From Methanobacteriota archaeon (GTDB lineage Archaea > Thermoplasmatota > Thermoplasmata > RBG-16-68-12): DNA of 64,000 bases. Below are positions 45,096 to 56,902 of the stretch, piece by piece; the stretch's first letter is position 1, and the number at the start of each line of letters is the position of its first letter. The stretch lies in contig VBLT01000105.1 in assembly GCA_005878615.1 (NCBI GenBank), forward strand, positions 3,414 through 67,413, given 5' to 3'. The notes beneath the pieces are model-generated. The model was not told the origin of the DNA. It worked only from the letters and a program-made list of their open reading frames with translations, and ran no database searches. The position numbers and the translations under genes were made by a program.

Positions 45096-46532
45096 ATGGA
45101 GCGCATGAGGGCCCTCGAGAAGCTTAAGCCCGGCATCGATCGAGTGGCCCGGTCGCGGCGAACCCCAAACATAGACGAGACAGGGCCTAAGCGGCCTCCG
45201 CGAAGGGCCCCCCGGGCGCGCCCGTTCCCCGGGAGGAAAGCGACGGCGCTCGTCGTCGTCACTCTCTTCGTCGCAACGGCCGTCGCCCTCGTGCTGTACA
45301 ATTCCCCAACGGAGACCCCGATCCAAGTCAATCCGCCTCGGTGGAAAGACGAGACCGCGACCCACTTTACCTTCGCGGCGGCCGGCGATTTCGGGGGACC
45401 CGAGAGCGTCGATTCGATTGCCCTCATGCAGCGCGCTCGGACGGCCGGCATGTCCTTCGTCCTCGCCCTCGGAGACCTGGGGTACACGACGGACGAGGCG
45501 GGATGGTGCCATCAGCTGAGGCGTTACGTGCCGGAACTCGTCATCATCGCGGGGAACCACGACGACGGAGAGGGCGACGGAGGCAACCTTTCCCACTACA
45601 TCGCGAACTGCCCCTATCCTTGGTCCTCCGGGCCCGTCGCGGGAAATGGGACGCCGGGCTACGGATACGAGTACTATTTCGATTACCCCGCGGCCAAACC
45701 ACTGGCGCGGTTCATCATGCTAGCGGCGGGCCTCGAAGGCGCGATCAATTACAACTACGGCGAGGACTCGCCCCACACCGAGTGGTTCGAAGGGGCGGTC
45801 CAGGACGCGCGGCAGCACGGTATTCCCTGGGTGATCGTCGGGGCGCACCGACAGTGCGTCACGGTCGGCAAGAAGGACCGCTGCTCGATGGGCCAAACGA
45901 TTTTCGATGAGATCGTGGAGGCGAAGGTGGACTTGGTCCTGACGGGACACGATCACGTGTATGAACGGAGCAATCTGCTCGCTCGATCGGCCCGATGTCG
46001 GTCGGTGAACACCACGGACAATGTCGACCTGTCCTGCGTCGTCGGGAACGGGCGGCATGGGCGGTATCCTGCGGGCAATGGGACCGTCGTTGTCGTACAA
46101 GGCGTCGGCGGGAACGAGATCGACAATGTCACGATTGACGGAAGCGATCCCGAGATCGGTTACATCGCCGAGGCGATGGGCGGAAATGCGAACACGAGAT
46201 CGGGGGCGCCCGGGTTTGGATCGGTCTTCTACACCGTTGACGCCCGGTCGATCCGGGCCGTAACCAACTTCTGCCCACCCGGAGAGGTCGGGGCGGATGG
46301 ACAATGCACCGTCAACCCGACGACCGTCTTCTCGGACCAATTTTCCATTGCGAATTCGACCAACCCGCCGGCCCCGACGGACCTCTCCTCGTCGGCCATG
46401 CCCGAGTTCGGCGGGGCATTCGTGGCTCCTCACATGACCGAAGCCGCCATGCTAGTCGTCGCCGTGGAAATTCCCGTCCTCCTACTCTCTTGGCTTGGAG
46501 CCCGAGGTTCCCGCGGGAGCCGGCCTCGTTAG
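45096..46532 (+). CDS. membrane-anchored extracellular metallophosphoesterase (purple-acid-phosphatase-like)
   Basis: N-terminal TM (ATALVVVTLFVATAVALVLY). Metallophosphatase motifs GDFG, GDLGY, GNHD, GHDH. At least 6 N-glycosylation sequons. C-terminal PEF + hydrophobic helix + Arg-rich tail. Start uncertain (44988/45096/45102). Confidence 0.65.
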   Translation: MERMRALEKLKPGIDRVARSRRTPNIDETGPKRPPRRAPRARPFPGRKATALVVVTLFVATAVALVLYNSPTETPIQVNPPRWKDETATHFTFAAAGDFGGPESVDSIALMQRARTAGMSFVLALGDLGYTTDEAGWCHQLRRYVPELVIIAGNHDDGEGDGGNLSHYIANCPYPWSSGPVAGNGTPGYGYEYYFDYPAAKPLARFIMLAAGLEGAINYNYGEDSPHTEWFEGAVQDARQHGIPWVIVGAHRQCVTVGKKDRCSMGQTIFDEIVEAKVDLVLTGHDHVYERSNLLARSARCRSVNTTDNVDLSCVVGNGRHGRYPAGNGTVVVVQGVGGNEIDNVTIDGSDPEIGYIAEAMGGNANTRSGAPGFGSVFYTVDARSIRAVTNFCPPGEVGADGQCTVNPTTVFSDQFSIANSTNPPAPTDLSSSAMPEFGGAFVAPHMTEAAMLVVAVEIPVLLLSWLGARGSRGSRPR

Positions 46533-46611
46533 TCGCTTCGATGGAGGGTCGCCTGAATCCTTCCCCCGGGAAGGGGAAAGGTTTTCGGCCGATTCGTCGA
46601 ATACCCAGCCC

Positions 46612-46896
46612 GTGGAATTGCAATCCCTCGTGGACCGGGACATCTCCCTCACGGACCAAGCGCTCGGGAAAGCGACGATCGCCGTCCCCGCCCGGTCGCA
46701 TCTGCGAAAGGTCGCCGAAGACTTCCTGACGATGGCCCGCGCATACGCGTCGGATGCGAAGCACTTCCGGCAGACCGGGGAGCTGGAGAAGGCCCTCGCG
46801 AACATCAACTACGCCCACGGCTGGCTTGACGCCGGCGCCCGGCTCGGCCTTTTCGACGTGGGCGGCGACGACCGCCTCTTTACCTTGAGCGAGTGA
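46612..46896 (+). CDS. DUF357 family protein
   Basis: ~94 aa from GTG 46612. LAKTYLSDAKHFxxxGExxxALAxxxYAHGWLDAG-like signature (MARAYASDAKHFRQTGELEKALANINYAHGWLDAGARLGL). Typically linked to CoA genes in archaea. Confidence 0.5.
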   Translation: MELQSLVDRDISLTDQALGKATIAVPARSHLRKVAEDFLTMARAYASDAKHFRQTGELEKALANINYAHGWLDAGARLGLFDVGGDDRLFTLSE

Positions 46897-47769
46897 CTAG
46901 AGCACTCGCGCACCCTCGTTATCGACCTCGCACCGCTGCAGCGTCCCGAACTTTCGGTACAGCGTCGCGAGCTGCTCCGTGTTCCCCGTGGCGAAGACGG
47001 AGTTGCCGAGCATGGCCATCGTCGCGCGCCCGAACATCCGGGAAGCTTGAATGACCTCGAGGACCGTCCGGTTCGCAAGGCCCGTTTCCTGAGCAAATCG
47101 AATTCCTAAATCGAACAGCCGCTCGAGCGTCGGCGCTTGTGCGAATTCGTCGACGAAGCCCCCACCCACGCGATTGATGGCGGCGATTTTCCCGGGATCT
47201 CGTAGGACTCCTCGCGTCGGCATTTCTGGACCGAGCACCGCAAGGAGGAGATCGGCCTTCACCGGAAAGGTCCGGACTTCTCCGTGGCCCGGCGCTCCCG
47301 GTTTCCAGCGAAGATCCATTCCACCAATCGAAGCCGGGACGACGTCCCCGAGACCCGTCCCACACTCGACCTCGGTCTCGTGCGCGAGGGCGACGAGTTC
47401 CTGGCGGGACACTCCCAAGCCGAGGGCGTCGTTCATCGCGAGCGCGGTGCTGAGGGCCGCCGCCGCGCTTACTCCGAACCCCTGGGATACGGGAAGCGGC
47501 GTCTCGCTCAAGATCTTGATTTCCATGGAGCGGGAACCGACCATTTTTTCGACGACGCGCCGGGTCACCTCGGCCGGCCGATGTCGCTCGTTCACGAGGA
47601 TATCAATCGCCGGCCGCGAGGCGTCTCGCGCCCTCGCGACCGTCTGGACTCCAAGGCTCAACGAGAGGCCGGCGCCGCGGGAACCCTTTACTCGTGGGTT
47701 CGGATTCTCAACGACCTCAAAGAAGGCCGTGACATGTCCAGGGCAAAAAGCCTCACCCTCGGACACCAT
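46897..47769 (-). CDS. pantoate kinase (archaeal GHMP-family PoK)
   Basis: 290 aa. GHMP motifs (CPGHVTAFFEV; GLGVSAAAALSTALAMN); overlaps and is co-oriented with coaBC. Confidence 0.7.
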   Translation of the reverse strand: MVSEGEAFCPGHVTAFFEVVENPNPRVKGSRGAGLSLSLGVQTVARARDASRPAIDILVNERHRPAEVTRRVVEKMVGSRSMEIKILSETPLPVSQGFGVSAAAALSTALAMNDALGLGVSRQELVALAHETEVECGTGLGDVVPASIGGMDLRWKPGAPGHGEVRTFPVKADLLLAVLGPEMPTRGVLRDPGKIAAINRVGGGFVDEFAQAPTLERLFDLGIRFAQETGLANRTVLEVIQASRMFGRATMAMLGNSVFATGNTEQLATLYRKFGTLQRCEVDNEGARVL

Positions 47770-48922
47770 GCAGGATTGCCCGCCAAATCCGCTCCGCCGC
47801 GAGCGCTTTCGATCCCTCGAACGACTCGGAGTGACCTTTCCGGTCGAAGATCGTGATCGCCGTCGCGTCTCCCTTGACCTGCGACACGTCGTTCGCCACG
47901 ACGAAATCCAGATCGGCTTCTTTCGCGAGGACCATCGCCTTCGTCTTCAGCTCCGACTCGCCCACGGCGGCCTCCGCTTTGAACCCGACCAGGGCCTTTC
48001 GCGTCCCTTTTCGGAAGTGCGCCAGGAGTTTCGGGGTTGGTTCCAGCTCGAGGGTCAGCCCGCCCTTCCGACTCGGGATTTTTCCTTTCTGTTTTTTCGC
48101 CGGCGTGAAATCCGAGACGGCGGCGGGTACGAGACAGATGTCCGCGTCCGCTTTCTCCGCCATGGTCGCGAGGCTCTCGGTCGTATCGAATGACTTGGAG
48201 GGCAACCACGTCGGAACCGTCGTCTCATGGCGGCCGAGCCACAGCTCCACGTCGGCGCCGTGCTCGAAGGCGGCCTTCGCGAGTTCAATTCCGGTCCCCC
48301 CGGTCGACCGGTTCGTCACCACGCGGACGTCGTCGATCGGCTCGACGGTCGCTCCCGCGACCACGAGGACCCGCACGTCTTGAAGGTCCCTCGGCCCGAG
48401 ACGTCGGAGGACCCTCGCGACGATCGTCTCCACGTCCGCCATCTTCGCCTTGTCCTCCTCCCGCTTCGCTTCGACAAATTCCACGCCCAGTTCCCGGAGA
48501 CGACGGATGTTCGCCGCGACCGCGGGATTGTCCATCATGGATTCGTGGGCCGCCGGCGCGAGGAGGATCGGGATGCCGGAACCGAGGGCGTTGGCCGCGT
48601 ACGTCGTCACGGTCGTATCATCGATCCCTTGGGCGATTTTCCCCATCGTGTTCGCCGTGCACGGCGCGATTAGGAGGAGGTTCGCCTTCCCGTCCCGCCC
48701 GCACATGGTCAGGTACTCCATCGAACCGGTGATGGCCGTGACCACGGGGTTGCCGGTCGCGAACTGCAGGGCGTTGGGATGAACGATTTCGGTTGCGGAT
48801 CGAGTGAGGACGGCGTGGACCTCCGCACCGTGGCGAATCAACTCGTGCGCGAGCTTCACCGTCTCGACGGCCGCGATGCTGCCCGTGATGCCCAGGACAA
48901 TCGTCTTGCCTTGGAGCTTCAT
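47753..48922 (-). CDS. coaBC: bifunctional phosphopantothenoylcysteine decarboxylase / phosphopantothenate-cysteine ligase
   Basis: N-terminal flavoprotein domain (KTIVLGITGSIAAVE...PCTANTM); C-terminal CoaB domain (VTNRSTGGTG; AVSDF; GFKAE). Start ATG 48922 (MKLQGK) preferred over 48958. Confidence 0.85.
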   Translation of the reverse strand: MKLQGKTIVLGITGSIAAVETVKLAHELIRHGAEVHAVLTRSATEIVHPNALQFATGNPVVTAITGSMEYLTMCGRDGKANLLLIAPCTANTMGKIAQGIDDTTVTTYAANALGSGIPILLAPAAHESMMDNPAVAANIRRLRELGVEFVEAKREEDKAKMADVETIVARVLRRLGPRDLQDVRVLVVAGATVEPIDDVRVVTNRSTGGTGIELAKAAFEHGADVELWLGRHETTVPTWLPSKSFDTTESLATMAEKADADICLVPAAVSDFTPAKKQKGKIPSRKGGLTLELEPTPKLLAHFRKGTRKALVGFKAEAAVGESELKTKAMVLAKEADLDFVVANDVSQVKGDATAITIFDRKGHSESFEGSKALAAERIWRAILHGVRG

Positions 48923-49079
48923 GCTCTTCCGTCCACGGAGACGTTCCGCGGGATGCATTCTCTCAACAATTTCTCATGCGCGATATATAGCTATGGGCCT
49001 CGTTCGAATGGGGGAAGAGCCCGCGCGCTCGTCCCCGAGGAACCTTTAATCCGCCCGCTCCGTTAGCCCCGCCGCTCCG

Positions 49080-50366
49080 ATGGATTACGCGACGACTCTC
49101 GACCATCTCTATCGTCTCGAGCGGTTCGGGATCAAGCTGGGCCTCGAGAACATCCGGCGCCTCCTGTCGTTGCTCGGAGACCCGCATCGCGGCCTGAGGA
49201 TCCTGCACGTCACCGGGACCAACGGCAAGGGCTCCGTATGCGCTTACGCCGCCTCCGCTCTGCAGCAGGCGGGGTATCGCGTGGGCCTGTACACCTCGCC
49301 CCATCTCGTGCGTTTCAACGAACGGATCCAGGTCAATCGTACCCCGATCGCCGACGACGATGTCCTCCGCCTCTGGTCGGGGATGCAGCCGGCGATTCAT
49401 GCGATGACCTCTGCACGGGCGATCGATCATCCCACCTTCTTCGAGGTCACCACCGCCATGGCCTTCGAATACTTCCGCGAACGCCAGGTCGACGTGGCGG
49501 TGATCGAAGTGGGAATGGGAGGCCGAATGGATGCCACGAATGTGGCGGACGGTCTCGTCTCGGTCCTCACCCGCGTGGATCTGGAGCACACCGAGCACCT
49601 CGGAAAGACCGTGAACCGGATTGCCCGGGAGAAAGCGGGGATTGTCAAACCCTCATCCCGCGCTGTGACCGTCGCGCAACCCGCCCTGTCCGTCATCGAG
49701 GCCCGCTGCCGGGAGGTCCATGCTCCCCTTTTGGTCGTCGGCCGGGACGTGTATGCGGAACGCGGCGCCCGGGACCTGCGGGGCCAGGACCTGCGGGTTC
49801 GCGGGTCCTTTGGAGAGATCGAGGTCCACACGCCGCTGCTGGGGGATTTCCAGGCCGAAAACGTCGCGCTCGCGGTCACCGCCCTCACCGAACTCCGTCA
49901 ACAAGGATTCGCCGTCTCGGACGATGCGATTCGAAAGGGCATCGCATCGACCCGCTGGCCCGCACGCCTCGAGCTCGTCCGGGAGCGACCTCTCGTCTTG
50001 GTGGACGGCGCTCACAATCGGCCCGCGACGGAGGCCCTCGCGACCTCCATCGCCGACCTGTTCCCGAATCGAAAGATCTCGCTCGTCGTGGGCATCCTGA
50101 ACGACAAGGACCTGAAAGGGATGGCCGCCGCCCTGGGTCCCCGTGCAACCCACGTCTATGCGTGCCGACCGAAAACGCATCGGGCGTTCGCGGCCGACGA
50201 GGTCGCCTCGGCTTTCGCACCCTACGCCAAAGCCGAGTCGATGCCTCTGGTGAAAGACGCGATCGACGCCGCGATCTCGGAGGCAGGCGAGGGGCAGGTC
50301 GTGCTGATCACCGGGTCCATCTACACGGCGGGGGAGGCCCTTGACCACCTCGGCGCCCGCCCGTGA
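49080..50366 (+). CDS. folC: folylpolyglutamate synthase/dihydrofolate synthase (Mur ligase family)
   Basis: P-loop HVTGTNGKGS; Mur-ligase middle and C domains. Confidence 0.8.
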   Translation: MDYATTLDHLYRLERFGIKLGLENIRRLLSLLGDPHRGLRILHVTGTNGKGSVCAYAASALQQAGYRVGLYTSPHLVRFNERIQVNRTPIADDDVLRLWSGMQPAIHAMTSARAIDHPTFFEVTTAMAFEYFRERQVDVAVIEVGMGGRMDATNVADGLVSVLTRVDLEHTEHLGKTVNRIAREKAGIVKPSSRAVTVAQPALSVIEARCREVHAPLLVVGRDVYAERGARDLRGQDLRVRGSFGEIEVHTPLLGDFQAENVALAVTALTELRQQGFAVSDDAIRKGIASTRWPARLELVRERPLVLVDGAHNRPATEALATSIADLFPNRKISLVVGILNDKDLKGMAAALGPRATHVYACRPKTHRAFAADEVASAFAPYAKAESMPLVKDAIDAAISEAGEGQVVLITGSIYTAGEALDHLGARP

Positions 50367-50382
50367 GCGAATCCCCTTCATC

Positions 50383-51102
50383 ATGCGAGACCTCGCGGCT
50401 CGGTATCTCCCCGCCGGCGACCTTCACGAAGGAGAGACGGCCCTGGCGAAGATTGTGGCGGAGCGCGAGGACCCGTTCCTCGTACTGATCTCGACGATCC
50501 TCTCACAACGGACTCGGGACGAGATGACGGAGCGCGCCTCCCGGCAGCTCTTCGCGAAGTACGACACGCCGGAGGCGATCGCGAACGCCGACCCGGCGAA
50601 TCTGGTGCGCTTGATCCAGCCGGTCGGCTTCTACCGCCAGAAGGCGCTCCAGATTCAGAACGTGAGCCGGGTCCTCCTCGATCAATACCGCGGCACAGTC
50701 CCCGGGACCTACGAGGAACTGATTGCGCTTCCTCAAGTCGGGCCGAAGACGGCGAACTGCGTGCTCGTGTACGGGTTCGGCGAACCTCGGATTCCCACGG
50801 ACACCCACGTGCACCGGGTCAGCAACCGGCTCGGTCTGGTCCGCACGAAAACCCCTGAAAAGACGGAACAGCGTCTCATGAAGACCGTCCCGAAAGAATT
50901 CTGGCTTCACATCAATGAACTCTTCATCCGCTTCGGAAAGGACATCTGCCGCCCGATCGGCCCACGGTGCGAGGCTTGCTCGTTCACCTCTTTCTGTCGT
51001 TACTATCGCACCGTCTTCGCACCGAAACGACGCCGGCTCGATCAGGACCGTCGGAAGCGCTCTCCGGGGACGAAGGCCTCCCGGTCGATGGCTTCGAAAT
51101 AG
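50383..51102 (+). CDS. nth: endonuclease III (HhH-GPD glycosylase with 4Fe-4S cluster)
   Basis: HhH-GPD (LPQVGPKTANCVL...D); catalytic Lys region; C-x6-C-x2-C-x5-C cluster (CRPIGPRCEACSFTSFC). Confidence 0.85.
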   Translation: MRDLAARYLPAGDLHEGETALAKIVAEREDPFLVLISTILSQRTRDEMTERASRQLFAKYDTPEAIANADPANLVRLIQPVGFYRQKALQIQNVSRVLLDQYRGTVPGTYEELIALPQVGPKTANCVLVYGFGEPRIPTDTHVHRVSNRLGLVRTKTPEKTEQRLMKTVPKEFWLHINELFIRFGKDICRPIGPRCEACSFTSFCRYYRTVFAPKRRRLDQDRRKRSPGTKASRSMASK

Positions 51103-51179
51103 CTTCCGCGTCGCTCGACCGTGCAGATTTCGAGAATGAATCGGGCAGTTTCATATGGACCTGGTATGTTCGGGGCGCG

Positions 51180-52241
51180 ATGCGGATCGACATGATGGAA
51201 TTCATCCCGGTCACCCTCCAAAGGAAGGAGACGTTCGCCATCGCCCGCAGTTCGTCCGCCATCGCGGAGGTCGTGTTCCTCGCCGTCCATTCGGGGCGAC
51301 GTGTAGGGCATGGGTGCGCGGCCCCGACCGAGGTCACGCGGGAGAACGTCCACTCGGTCATGAATACGCTCCAATCCTTCGCCCGCTCGTTGCCGGGGAT
51401 TGAATTCGAGAAGCCGTACCAGCTCCAGGAGCGAATGGACAAGCTCGCGGCGAATCAGCCCAGCGCGCGGGCCGCCCTCGAAATGGCTTTGTTCGATCTC
51501 GCCGCTCAAGCCGCCGGTGTGCCCCTCTTCGCCTATCTCGGAGGTCGACGGGATCGGATGCCGACCGACATGACGATCGGGATCATGGACAAAGATGCCG
51601 CCGTCGACCGGGCCCGCCGATGGGTCCAGGTCGGCTTTCAGGCGTTGAAGATCAAGGTCGGGCGGGATTGGAAGGCCGATGCGAAACGCGTGAAGGCGAT
51701 CCGCGACGCCGTGGGCAAGCACGTCGAGCTCCGCGTCGACGGGAACCAAGGTTACTCGATGTCCGATGCGTTGGCATTCGCACGGTATGCGCGGTCCGAG
51801 GATGTCGCGTTCTTCGAGCAGCCGGTCTCCGTGGACGATTGGGAAGGGATGCGGGCCCTGACCGAATCGTCACCGATCCCGATCATGGCCGACGAGATGG
51901 TCCTCACGCCCGACGACGTCAAGAAACTCCGATGGAGCAACGCGGCGCGGGCCGTGAACATGAAGTTGATGAAACACGGCGGCATCTTGCGGTCGATGGA
52001 AGTGAACACGCTCTGCGAATCCGCCGGGTACCCGACCATGGTCGGATGCATGGGGGAGCCTCAGCTCTCGATCGCCGCGGGCCTGCATTTCGCACTCGCG
52101 CAGAAGAACGTGCGGTGGCTAGACCTCGATTCGCACTTCAATTTCGCTTCGGATCCCACATCCGGCTTGAGGTTCGAGAACGGCCAACTGATCGCGCCTT
52201 CGGGGCCTGGCCTAGGAATCGACGTGCAATTCCCGACCTGA
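51180..52241 (+). CDS. enolase-superfamily enzyme (MLE/dipeptide-epimerase-like)
   Basis: KIKVG Lys-x-Lys; metal ligands D (VDGNQG), E (FFEQP), D (ADEM); second catalytic K (MKLMKHGG). Confidence 0.75.
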   Translation: MRIDMMEFIPVTLQRKETFAIARSSSAIAEVVFLAVHSGRRVGHGCAAPTEVTRENVHSVMNTLQSFARSLPGIEFEKPYQLQERMDKLAANQPSARAALEMALFDLAAQAAGVPLFAYLGGRRDRMPTDMTIGIMDKDAAVDRARRWVQVGFQALKIKVGRDWKADAKRVKAIRDAVGKHVELRVDGNQGYSMSDALAFARYARSEDVAFFEQPVSVDDWEGMRALTESSPIPIMADEMVLTPDDVKKLRWSNAARAVNMKLMKHGGILRSMEVNTLCESAGYPTMVGCMGEPQLSIAAGLHFALAQKNVRWLDLDSHFNFASDPTSGLRFENGQLIAPSGPGLGIDVQFPT

Positions 52242-52259
52242 GCTACGCCCTCGCCTAGG

Positions 52260-54755
52260 CTACGCCGGTGGAGACGGTTCCCCGACCGCAGCCGCTTCCT
52301 CTTTCGGTCGCACGAGCCGCACGACGGCGGTGACCTTGTCCCCTTCGTTCAGGCGCTGGATCCGCACGCCGCGCGCGGCCCGTCCGGTCTCGCGGATGTC
52401 CTGAACAGGACACCGGATCACGATGCCGCCGACCGTGGTGACCAAAAGCTCGTCGTCGGCCTCGACCTCGAGGACCGCGACCACGGGACTCTTCGCGATC
52501 TTCATGTTCGTCGTCACGACGCCCTGGCTCCCGCGCCGGGTCTTGCGGTACTCCTTCACCTTCGTCCGCTTGCCGTATCCGCTCTCGAGGACCGTCAGGA
52601 GTTCGGCCTCTTCGCTCCGCACAAGGGCCATCGAGATGACGCGATCCTCTTTCCGGAGCCGCATCCCGCGGACGCCCGCCGCGGTCCGCCCCATCGGGCG
52701 GACGTCGGTCAGGGGGAACCGGTTCGCGTAGCCCCCGGCGGATGCGAGGATGACTTCCTCGTCTCCCTCCGAGATCCGGGCCTCCACGAGCTCGTCCCCG
52801 GGGTTCAACGCGATCGCCCGGATCCCCCGGATGTTCGGTCGCTTGAAGGAGTCGAGGCGCGTCCGCTTGATCTTCCCGAGTTTCGTCGCGAACACGATCG
52901 TGCGACGTTCGTCGAATTCCCGCACCGCGATCATATCGAGGATCCGCTCGCTCGGCTCCAATCGCGGCAGGAGGTTCACGATCGGCTTGCCCTTCGCGTA
53001 CCGACTTCCGACCGGGAGTCGATAGGTCTTGAGCCAGTAGCACTGCCCTTTGCTCGAGAAGAATAGGATGTAGTCATGCGTCGAGGCCGTGAAGAGATTG
53101 ACGACGAAGTCCTCCTCCTTCGTCTCCATCCCCGTCACCCCCTTGCCGCCCCGCCGCTGCGTATGGTACATCTGCGACGGCACGCGCTTGATGTAGCCTG
53201 TGTTCGTGATTGGGACGACGACGTGCTCCTCGGGGATCAGGTCCTCGATCTCCATGTCGAAGGCCTCGGCCTCGACTTTCGTTCGGCGTTCGTCTCCGTA
53301 CTCGTCCTTCATCTCGAGGAGTTCGGTCTTGATGATGTCTAAGACCCGTTCCCGGGAGGCAAGGATGGCCTCGAGTTCCTCGATGTTCTTCTTGAGGCCC
53401 GTCTGCTCGGCCCGGAGCTTCTCGATCTCGAGTCCGGTGAGCTGCCGCAGGGCCATGGCGAGGATCGCCTTCGCCTGCGCCTCGGATAGCAGGTAGCGGC
53501 TTGTGAGTCCGGCCTCGGCTTCCGCCGCATCCCGGGCTCGCCGGATCAGGCGGATCACCTCATCGAGGTGGTCGACCGCGGTGATCAGGCCCTCGACGAT
53601 GTGGAGCCGCTCGCGGGCCTTCCGGAGATCGAACTCCGTCCGCCGCCGGACCATCATGATGCGATGGTCGACGTGGGATTGGAGGACCTCTTTCAGCGTC
53701 AGGACCTTCGGCTCGCCGCCAACGAGGGCGAGGTTGATCACGCCGAAGGTCTGCTCCATCTGGGTGTGATGGTACAGCTGGTTGAGGACGACGTCTTCGA
53801 CGGCATCGCGCTTCAACTCGAGGACGATCCGCATGCCTTCCCGGTCGCTCTCATCCCGGAGGTCCACCACGCCCTCGATCTTTTTCGACTTGACCAGGAG
53901 GGCGATCGATTCGACGAGGGCCGCCTTGTTGACGAGGTACGGGATCTCCGTGATCACGATCCGGGCCTTGTCGTGGCCGGCCTCTTCGACGTGCGCGGCC
54001 GCCCGGATGCTGATCAGCCCGCGGCCGGTCTTGTACGCCTCGGTGACGCCCGCCGCCCCATACAGGATGCCCCCCGTCGGGAAATCCGGACCCCGGATGG
54101 GTCCGGCCTCGGGGTTGTAGAGGTCTTGCAGCTCCGCAGCGGGATTGCCGATCAGCAGGACCAGGGCGTCCACGACTTCGCCGAGGTTGTGCGGCGGAAT
54201 GTTCGTCGCCATCCCGACCGCGATCCCGCTGGATCCGTTCACGAGCAGGTTCGGGAATTTCGATGGCAGGACGACCGGCTCCCGCATCGTCCCATCGAAG
54301 TTGGCCATCCAGTCGACGGTGTCCTTCTCGAGGTCCTGTAGGATCTCTTCGGCGACTTTCGAGAGCCGGCATTCCGTGTACCGCATCGCGGCGGGCTCGT
54401 CCTCCGTGCTGCCCCAGTTCCCCTGCCCCTGGACGAGCGGGTAGCGGAGGGAGAAGTCCTGCACCATGCGCGCGAGGGCGTCGTAGATCGCGGTGTCGCC
54501 GTGGGGATGGTATCGACCGAGGCAGTCCCCCACCACGCGCGCCGCCTTCCGCCATTGGCTCGCCGACGTCGCGCCCGTCTCGTTCATCGTGTGCAGGATC
54601 CGCCGCTGGACCGGCTTCAGCCCGTCCCGGACGTCCGGCAAGGCCCGGCCCACGATGACGGACATCGCGTAATCGATGTACGACCGGTGCATCTCTTCTT
54701 CAATCGGTCGCGGTCGGATCCGCCGCGACGGCTCTTGCGTGGCCTCGTCCGGCAT
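52260..54755 (-). CDS. gyrA: DNA gyrase subunit A
   Basis: 831 aa. N-terminal [38 protein letters not shown]; active-site Tyr region; C-terminal beta-pinwheel repeats. Confidence 0.95.
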   Translation of the reverse strand: MPDEATQEPSRRIRPRPIEEEMHRSYIDYAMSVIVGRALPDVRDGLKPVQRRILHTMNETGATSASQWRKAARVVGDCLGRYHPHGDTAIYDALARMVQDFSLRYPLVQGQGNWGSTEDEPAAMRYTECRLSKVAEEILQDLEKDTVDWMANFDGTMREPVVLPSKFPNLLVNGSSGIAVGMATNIPPHNLGEVVDALVLLIGNPAAELQDLYNPEAGPIRGPDFPTGGILYGAAGVTEAYKTGRGLISIRAAAHVEEAGHDKARIVITEIPYLVNKAALVESIALLVKSKKIEGVVDLRDESDREGMRIVLELKRDAVEDVVLNQLYHHTQMEQTFGVINLALVGGEPKVLTLKEVLQSHVDHRIMMVRRRTEFDLRKARERLHIVEGLITAVDHLDEVIRLIRRARDAAEAEAGLTSRYLLSEAQAKAILAMALRQLTGLEIEKLRAEQTGLKKNIEELEAILASRERVLDIIKTELLEMKDEYGDERRTKVEAEAFDMEIEDLIPEEHVVVPITNTGYIKRVPSQMYHTQRRGGKGVTGMETKEEDFVVNLFTASTHDYILFFSSKGQCYWLKTYRLPVGSRYAKGKPIVNLLPRLEPSERILDMIAVREFDERRTIVFATKLGKIKRTRLDSFKRPNIRGIRAIALNPGDELVEARISEGDEEVILASAGGYANRFPLTDVRPMGRTAAGVRGMRLRKEDRVISMALVRSEEAELLTVLESGYGKRTKVKEYRKTRRGSQGVVTTNMKIAKSPVVAVLEVEADDELLVTTVGGIVIRCPVQDIRETGRAARGVRIQRLNEGDKVTAVVRLVRPKEEAAAVGEPSPPA

Positions 54756-54762
54756 CGATCAC

Positions 54763-56661
<1,899 letters not shown>

Positions 56662-56846
56662 CTATTTCGCAACCTCAAGATCGGCTGCCACGGCCCTCTC
56701 GCAGCCCATCCCAAATGACACGCCAAGTATACGGTGGGTATTGATAAAGGTTCGGACCCTAGTTTCTATGGAGAAAACAGGCCCTTGGACGGGTCCGAAT
56801 CCGGGTCCCTTTCTTTAAATACTGTAGCACGGGCGCTGTCCGACCT

Positions 56847-56868
56847 CCATTCTCATCTTCGAGAATGG
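56847..56868 (-). other. inverted repeat CCATTCTC-n6-GAGAATGG downstream of cysS stop
   Basis: 8-bp perfect arms, followed on the minus strand by a TATTTAAAG T/A-rich stretch. Candidate terminator or part of the gyrB upstream region. Confidence 0.3.
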
Positions 56869-56902
56869 CGAAGAAGGCCCCATAACGGACCCCGAAACCG
56901 CT

